Shown here piece by piece: positions 24,586 through 29,668 of a DNA stretch of 29,668 nt (its first letter is position 1; every line of letters begins with the position of its first letter). The position numbers and the translations under genes are program-made. The notes below the pieces were generated by a model. That model worked only from the letters and a program-made list of their open reading frames with translations. It was not told the DNA's origin and made no database searches. This DNA comes from an uncultured Nitrososphaerota archaeon (GTDB lineage Archaea; Thermoproteota; EX4484-205; JAAOZP01), in NCBI GenBank assembly GCA_964416155.1, contig CAYQCW010000017.1, positions 1 through 29,668 of the forward strand, given 5' to 3'.

Positions 24586-26487
24586 TCACAGGCTTTCGGA
24601 AGCTTCTGCCTCCCGGGTTTCAACCGGTTGCCTGAGGTCTATCAGAACCTCGTAGACCCCGTCCTCCACCCTGTACCTCATAGTGTAGCCGCACTTCTTG
24701 AAGAGATGCATCATCCTAGTGTTTTCAACGAGAACCCATGCCTTTAAACCCATGAAACCCTTTGCCTTAGCCAGTTCAATAAGGTATTTGAGGAGCTCTG
24801 TCCCAATCCCCTTTCCCTGCCAGTCGTCCCTGACTACGAGAGCCACTTCAGCCAGCTCAGTACCGGGTATTCTAGAGTAGCTGCCTATGCCAACCATGTT
24901 TTCAAAACCATCTTCGCTTACAACAGCCACCAGAACCATCTCGTTCTGATAGTCGACTATCACGTATGGCCAAACCCTGTCCCAAGGAAGAGATTTCAAC
25001 GGCCCCAAGTATCTTTTAGTCACACTATCCTTGGAGAGCGCGTAGAACAAGTGTTGCTTCATGGTTGCGTCTGAAGGCTTTATCGGCCTTATCAGCAGCC
25101 TAGTGCCGTCCTCCAGAGTAACGTATCGCTTCAACTCCTCAGGGTACTCCACCTCTGGGAATGGTAATACTTCCTCCGGCACATACTTGTGAGACTTAGC
25201 CCATTCTAGAAGCTGGTTCCTGAACTTCGGGTGGGCAATACCTATGAGCGTCAGTGCTCTCTCCTTTATCGTCTTCCCAGTGAGGTGTGCAACACCATAC
25301 TCCGTCACAACATAGTCCACGTCACCCCTAGTCAGCACTACGCCCGCTCCTTCGCTTAACACTGACTTTATCCTTGAGATCGCGCCCTCTTTAGCCGTGG
25401 ATGGTATGACGGTTACGGCTCTGCCTCCTTCCGAGAGCCTCGCTCCCCTTACGAAGTCCGCCTGCCCCCCTAACCCGCTGTAGAAAACGTAGCCGAGAGA
25501 GTCTGCACAAACCTGCCCCGTAAGGTCGACTTCCAGAGCCTGGTTTATAGCAACCATCTTCCTGTTCTGAGCGATTACAAGCGGATTGTTAACGTAGTTA
25601 GACTCGTAGAATTCCACCATCGGGTTGTTATCTATGAAATCGTAAAGACGCCTAGTACCCATGGCGAAGGAGGCAATTATCTTCCCCCTGTGAAGAGTCT
25701 TCTTAGCACACGTTATGACTCCCGCCTCAACAAGGTCAACAACGCTCTCCGTAAGGAGCTCAGTGTGGATCCCGAGGTCCTTCTTATCCTCAAGCGAGCT
25801 CAGCACCGCATCAGGTATGCTTCCTATTCCTATTTGAAGAGTCGACTCGTCCTCAACCAGCTCGGAAACATATCTCGCTATCCTGTCTGAAACAACATCC
25901 CTAGGTGGCTGCGGTGCCTCGAGAATCGGCTCATCATGCTCAACAATCACATCTATATCGTTAACGTGAATGAAGCTGTCCCCTAGGACGCGCGGCGCGA
26001 AACGGTTCACCTGAGCTATCACGAGCCTAGCCCTCTCCGTAGCAGTCTTAGTTATCTCTACCGAGACGCCTAGGCTGCAGAAACCATGTTCATCGGGCGG
26101 CGTCACCTGTATTAGCGCCACGTCTATCGGCACCATTCCCCTGGATATCAGCTTGGGCAGGTCGGAGAGGAAAACAGGCGTGTAGTCCGCCCTCCCCTCT
26201 GCAACCGCCTCCCTAGTGTTCACGCCTACGAAGAAAGCGTTTAGGCGGAACCTGTCTGAGTAGATCGGCTTTGCGTACGGTGCGACGCCGAGCGTGTGAA
26301 CATGCAGTATCTCGTTGTCAGCCAGGTGCTTAGCCTTCTCGACGAGGCCGTGCACAAGGTACTGGGGCTCTCCGCAGGCTGAGCCTATGAAAATATGGTC
26401 TCCAGTCCTTATGCAGCTTAAAGCCTCCTCAAGGCTAGTCTTCTTCTCGTCGTAAGACCTGTCTCGCAAACGTTTCTTCCTAGCCAT
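24586..26487 (-). CDS. Acetyl-CoA hydrolase/family I CoA-transferase fused to a C-terminal GNAT acetyltransferase
   Basis: LQIGIGSIPD, GIHTE (catalytic Glu), SGLGGQADFVRGA and YVVTEYGVA, then a GNAT domain (~24630-25125): TLEDGTRLLIRPI, AEVALVVRDDWQGKGIG, VLVENTRM. Start ATG 26487 (or 26496). Confidence 0.88.
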   Translation of the reverse strand: MARKKRLRDRSYDEKKTSLEEALSCIRTGDHIFIGSACGEPQYLVHGLVEKAKHLADNEILHVHTLGVAPYAKPIYSDRFRLNAFFVGVNTREAVAEGRADYTPVFLSDLPKLISRGMVPIDVALIQVTPPDEHGFCSLGVSVEITKTATERARLVIAQVNRFAPRVLGDSFIHVNDIDVIVEHDEPILEAPQPPRDVVSDRIARYVSELVEDESTLQIGIGSIPDAVLSSLEDKKDLGIHTELLTESVVDLVEAGVITCAKKTLHRGKIIASFAMGTRRLYDFIDNNPMVEFYESNYVNNPLVIAQNRKMVAINQALEVDLTGQVCADSLGYVFYSGLGGQADFVRGARLSEGGRAVTVIPSTAKEGAISRIKSVLSEGAGVVLTRGDVDYVVTEYGVAHLTGKTIKERALTLIGIAHPKFRNQLLEWAKSHKYVPEEVLPFPEVEYPEELKRYVTLEDGTRLLIRPIKPSDATMKQHLFYALSKDSVTKRYLGPLKSLPWDRVWPYVIVDYQNEMVLVAVVSEDGFENMVGIGSYSRIPGTELAEVALVVRDDWQGKGIGTELLKYLIELAKAKGFMGLKAWVLVENTRMMHLFKKCGYTMRYRVEDGVYEVLIDLRQPVETREAEASESL

Positions 26488-26510
26488 CCGGAGCATCCTC
26501 AAGGCTGCAA

Positions 26511-26520
26511 GTTTATAAAC
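26511..26520. promoter_or_regulatory. Palindromic TATA box, probable bidirectional promoter
   Basis: GTTTATAAAC is a perfect palindrome and the only TATA-like element in the 76-bp divergent gap. Confidence 0.6.
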
Positions 26521-26563
26521 ATAGTTGCGGGCGAGTAGGGGCAGTCTGCATCGATGATACGCA

Positions 26564-28684
26564 ATGAAGCTAGAGGCTTTCTTTAACCCGAAATCGGTGG
26601 CGGTAATAGGCGCCAGCAGGGAGGAGGTGAAAGTAGGCCACAGAATATTCCGGAACATGGTTGAATCAGGCTTCAAGGGGAGGCTTTACCCGGTTAACCC
26701 GAATGCCCAAGAGATACTTGGTTACAGGTGCTACGGGAGCGTTAAGGATGTTGAAGACGATGTTGACTTGGCTGTCATCGCTGTTCCAGCCAAGATTGTT
26801 CCAAGTGTTGTTGAGGAGTGTGGGAGGAAAGGCGTGAAAGGGCTTATCGTGATATCTGCAGGGTTCAGTGAAACCGGTAGGGAGGGGACGCTTCTCGAAA
26901 GAGAGCTTGTCACTAAATGCATTGAGTACGGAATGAGGATGCAGGGCCCGAACTGCCTCGGCTTCATAAACTCTAGAAACGGTATGAACGCCTCCTTCGC
27001 CTCAACCATGTCGACGCCGGGAAACGTGTCGATCGTTTCTCAAAGCGGGGCCCTTGGAAGCACAATACTGAACTGGTCAAGGTTCAACGGAATGGGTATT
27101 GCGAACTTCATAAGCGTCGGCAACGAGGCTGACCTCACAACGGCGGACTTTCTCGAAGCGCTGATCGACGAGGAGAACACCAGGGTCGTCGGAATCTATA
27201 TTGAAGGCGTGAAGAACGGTGAGCGGTTTATAGACGTTGCCCGGAGGCTCTCGAGGAGGAAGCCGGTAGTTGCGTTGAAAGCCGGCACCACCGAGGTTGG
27301 CGTTAGGGCAGTCTCCTCCCACACGGGTTCGCTGGCAGGGTCTGACACTGCTTTCTCAGCAGCCTTCAGGAAGGCAGGGGTACTGAGGGCGGGCACGATG
27401 AAAGAACTGTTCGACCTGCTTTCAGTGTTCGAGGGCCAGCCTTTGCCCAGGGGGAGAGGCGTCATGGTGGTTACGAACGGCGGCGGGCCGGGAATACTTG
27501 CAGTAGACGCTTGCGAGAAAATGGGTTTAGACCTGCCCCTGCTGGAGCAGGATCTTAGGGAGAAGCTTAGCAGCAAGCTTCCGCCTCATGCGAGCGTCAA
27601 CAATCCTCTGGACGTGCTTGGGGATGCTGATGAGAAGCGTTACAGGATTGCGCTTGAAGCTGCTTTAAGCAGCAGTAACGTGCACAGCGTGATCGTCATA
27701 TTGACGCCGCAGGCGATGACGCCTTCAGAGGAGGTTGCGCGCGTCGTTGTTGAGACAGGAAGAAGTTTTGAGAAGCCTGTGGCAGCGGTTTTCATGGGGT
27801 TCGACAACGAGTCTCCGGCGATAAGAATCCTGAGGGAGGGGAAGATGCCGAACTACGATTTCCCTGAGCCCGCGGCTTTCGCGCTCAAGGGAATGTACGA
27901 CTACAGCCTGATGCTCAGCCAGCCTGAGGAGCAGGCTGCAAACCTGGCTGACGTGGATGACGATGCTGTGGCGAGGGTGATAGCTAGGGTTGAGGCTGAG
28001 GGCAGGATTAACCTTTCCTCAGAAGAGGCTTTCGAAATGGCTTCCGCATACGGGATCCCTGTTCCTAAGGCAAGAATAGCCAGGGACGCCGCGGAGGCCC
28101 GTGAAATAGCTGAATCCATAGGCTTCCCGGTTGCGGTGAAAATCGTCTCCCCAGATATTCTGCACAAGACGGATATGGGCTGCGTAATCCTTAACGTTAA
28201 AACGCCTGAAGAGGCGAGTGGGGCTTACGAGCTGGTAGTGAGAAGGGCTAGGGCAGCAATGCCCCGGGCGAGAATACTGGGCGCGCTCATCCAGAAAATG
28301 GCCCCGCCCGGTAGGGAGGTTATAGTGGGCTCAGTCAGAGACCCGCAGTTCGGCCCCCTGATAATGTTCGGTCTAGGAGGAATATACGTAAACTTCCTCA
28401 GGGATGTTTCATACAGACTAGCACCGCTTACTTTCACGGAGGCTGAGGAGATGGTTTCCGAGACTAAGGCTTACACTCTGCTTAAAGGCGTTAGGGGTGA
28501 GACTCCGTCGGACCTAGAGTCAGTCGTAAACGTGGTGGTGAGGATTTCCCAGCTAATGTGCCGCTTCAAGAAACTGGTGGAAATGGAGATAAACCCCCTG
28601 TTCGTCTACGGGGAGGGGAAGGGGTGCATGGCAGTAGATATAAGAGGGACGCTTTCTAAGCCTAAAGGTGAGACTGGGACATGA
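26564..28684 (+). CDS. ADP-forming acetate/acyl-CoA ligase, fused alpha-beta
   Basis: FNPKSVAVIGAS, ISAGFSE, GPNCLG, SQSGA, SSHTGSLAG (alpha phospho-His), TNGGGPG, NPLD, LHKTD (beta His), DPQFGPLIMFGLGG and EINPL. Confidence 0.93.
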   Translation: MKLEAFFNPKSVAVIGASREEVKVGHRIFRNMVESGFKGRLYPVNPNAQEILGYRCYGSVKDVEDDVDLAVIAVPAKIVPSVVEECGRKGVKGLIVISAGFSETGREGTLLERELVTKCIEYGMRMQGPNCLGFINSRNGMNASFASTMSTPGNVSIVSQSGALGSTILNWSRFNGMGIANFISVGNEADLTTADFLEALIDEENTRVVGIYIEGVKNGERFIDVARRLSRRKPVVALKAGTTEVGVRAVSSHTGSLAGSDTAFSAAFRKAGVLRAGTMKELFDLLSVFEGQPLPRGRGVMVVTNGGGPGILAVDACEKMGLDLPLLEQDLREKLSSKLPPHASVNNPLDVLGDADEKRYRIALEAALSSSNVHSVIVILTPQAMTPSEEVARVVVETGRSFEKPVAAVFMGFDNESPAIRILREGKMPNYDFPEPAAFALKGMYDYSLMLSQPEEQAANLADVDDDAVARVIARVEAEGRINLSSEEAFEMASAYGIPVPKARIARDAAEAREIAESIGFPVAVKIVSPDILHKTDMGCVILNVKTPEEASGAYELVVRRARAAMPRARILGALIQKMAPPGREVIVGSVRDPQFGPLIMFGLGGIYVNFLRDVSYRLAPLTFTEAEEMVSETKAYTLLKGVRGETPSDLESVVNVVVRISQLMCRFKKLVEMEINPLFVYGEGKGCMAVDIRGTLSKPKGETGT

Positions 28685-29668
28685 GGAGACAAGCAGTATA
28701 CGTGGCTTCGCCGAGCAGGCTGGCGGGGAAAAGCGTGCTAATCATCTCCCTGGCGCAGCTGGCTATGGAGAAGGGGATGCGGGTAGGCTATTTCAAGCCG
28801 ATCAGCGGGGTCTGCGTGCCGAACCCTAGGGGTGAGCTTGTGGACGAGGATGCTGAAACCATGAGGGAAATCCTTGGGCTTAAGAAAAGTCTAGAGGTCT
28901 GCCCTTTCAGAATATGCGGGGGAAGCTTCCTCGAATACTTCTGGGGTGAAGATCCTTCGCGTTTTAGAAATATCATTCTAGAGTCTTACGAGGAGGCCTC
29001 TGCTGAAAAGGATCTGATGCTGATTGAGGGGGCTCAAACGCTTTCAACAGGCTCCTTCCTAGGCTGTCAGGCTCCGCGGCTAGCCTCGCTTTTCAACGCG
29101 GAGCTCCTCCTGGTTTTAAAATACGAGAGTGATTTCGTCGTCGACGAGGCGCTTCACGCGAGGGACTATTGTGAACGCTGGGGAGTCAAGGTGTCGGGAG
29201 CCGTTCTCAACCGTGTTGAGGAAAGCAGGTTCAAGTTTGCAAGGGAGGTTGTGAAACCCATGCTTGAGAAAGAAGGGTTGAGAATCCTAGGGAACATGCC
29301 TGAGGACATGGTTCTCAGCTCCCTCACCTTTAGAGAAGTGTATGAGTCTATAGGCGGAGACCTCATCGCTGGAAAAGGAGGGCTTGAGAACCCGGTTGAA
29401 AACGTTCTAATAGGGGCTATGACTCCTGAAAGCGCCATACAGTATTTCAGAAGGGTTAGGAACGAGCTTATAATAACCGGGGGCGATAGGACCGACATAG
29501 TTCTGGCGGCGCTTGAAGCAGGAGCCTCCGGCATAATACTGACCGGGAACCTTCGTCCAAGCGTAAAAGTATTGCCGAGGGCAGATGAGCTTAAGGTTCC
29601 GATGATAGTCGTGCCCCACGACACTTACACCACCCTGCAGCAGGTTCAAAAAATAGTTGGAAAAATAA
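28681..29668 (+). CDS. Phosphotransacetylase N-terminal-like protein (BioD-like P-loop + DRTGG), 3' truncated by the window; absent from the ORF track
   Basis: Open frame from ATG 28681 (ATGA overlap with the ligase): VYVASPSRLAGKS, GYFKPIS, LMLIEG, VLNRV, LIGAM, ITGGDRTDIVLAAL, IILTG and VPHDT; no stop before the window end. Confidence 0.88.
   Translation, partial: MRRQAVYVASPSRLAGKSVLIISLAQLAMEKGMRVGYFKPISGVCVPNPRGELVDEDAETMREILGLKKSLEVCPFRICGGSFLEYFWGEDPSRFRNIILESYEEASAEKDLMLIEGAQTLSTGSFLGCQAPRLASLFNAELLLVLKYESDFVVDEALHARDYCERWGVKVSGAVLNRVEESRFKFAREVVKPMLEKEGLRILGNMPEDMVLSSLTFREVYESIGGDLIAGKGGLENPVENVLIGAMTPESAIQYFRRVRNELIITGGDRTDIVLAALEAGASGIILTGNLRPSVKVLPRADELKVPMIVVPHDTYTTLQQVQKIVGKI

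Noticed and set aside
26488-26676. N-terminal ~60 aa of the 696-aa ORF overlapping the ligase gene
   Set aside because: Antisense to the conserved ligase N-terminus and spans the promoter. Transferase similarity starts only after MARKK.
1-29668. CRISPR array, transposase/integrase, rRNA; numerous 60-180 aa antisense ORFs
   Set aside because: No regularly spaced repeats or mobile-element/rRNA signatures were seen by eye. The short ORFs are shadows of well-supported genes.

Overview
Archaeal chromosomal window. Evidence for the domain: BRE/TATA promoters with near-leaderless starts, class I LysRS, the LysW carrier pathway, the thiolase/HMG-CoA synthase/DUF35 triad and a BHB-intron tRNA. The exact lineage cannot be determined from the window. 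Left part: acylphosphatase and a LysW-dependent Arg/Lys biosynthesis cluster (argG-lysW-lysX/argX // lysY-lysZ-lysJ-lysK), split by a ~1.4 kb insert carrying a frameshifted HEPN gene, an intact MNT gene and an orphan ORF. Middle: a membrane-anchored surface glycoprotein, an AT-richer sugar-acid cassette (gluconokinase-like FGGY kinase, DHDPS-fold lyase, D-2-hydroxyacid dehydrogenase), PfpI, endonuclease IV, the mevalonate-entry operon, lysS and tRNA-Arg(CCG) with a non-canonical 29/30 intron. Downstream of the tRNA: a GH172/DUF2961 gene, a nucleoside hydrolase and a class II photolyase flanked by two gene relics the ORF track does not resolve (a collapsed UbiA/DGGGPS gene and a GH2 fragment). 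Right end: a divergent acyl-CoA module in which a CoA-transferase-GNAT fusion shares a palindromic TATA with an ADP-forming acyl-CoA synthetase and a Pta-N/DRTGG protein. This module is the best candidate for an undescribed system. All family calls come from motif recognition by eye; no searches were run.
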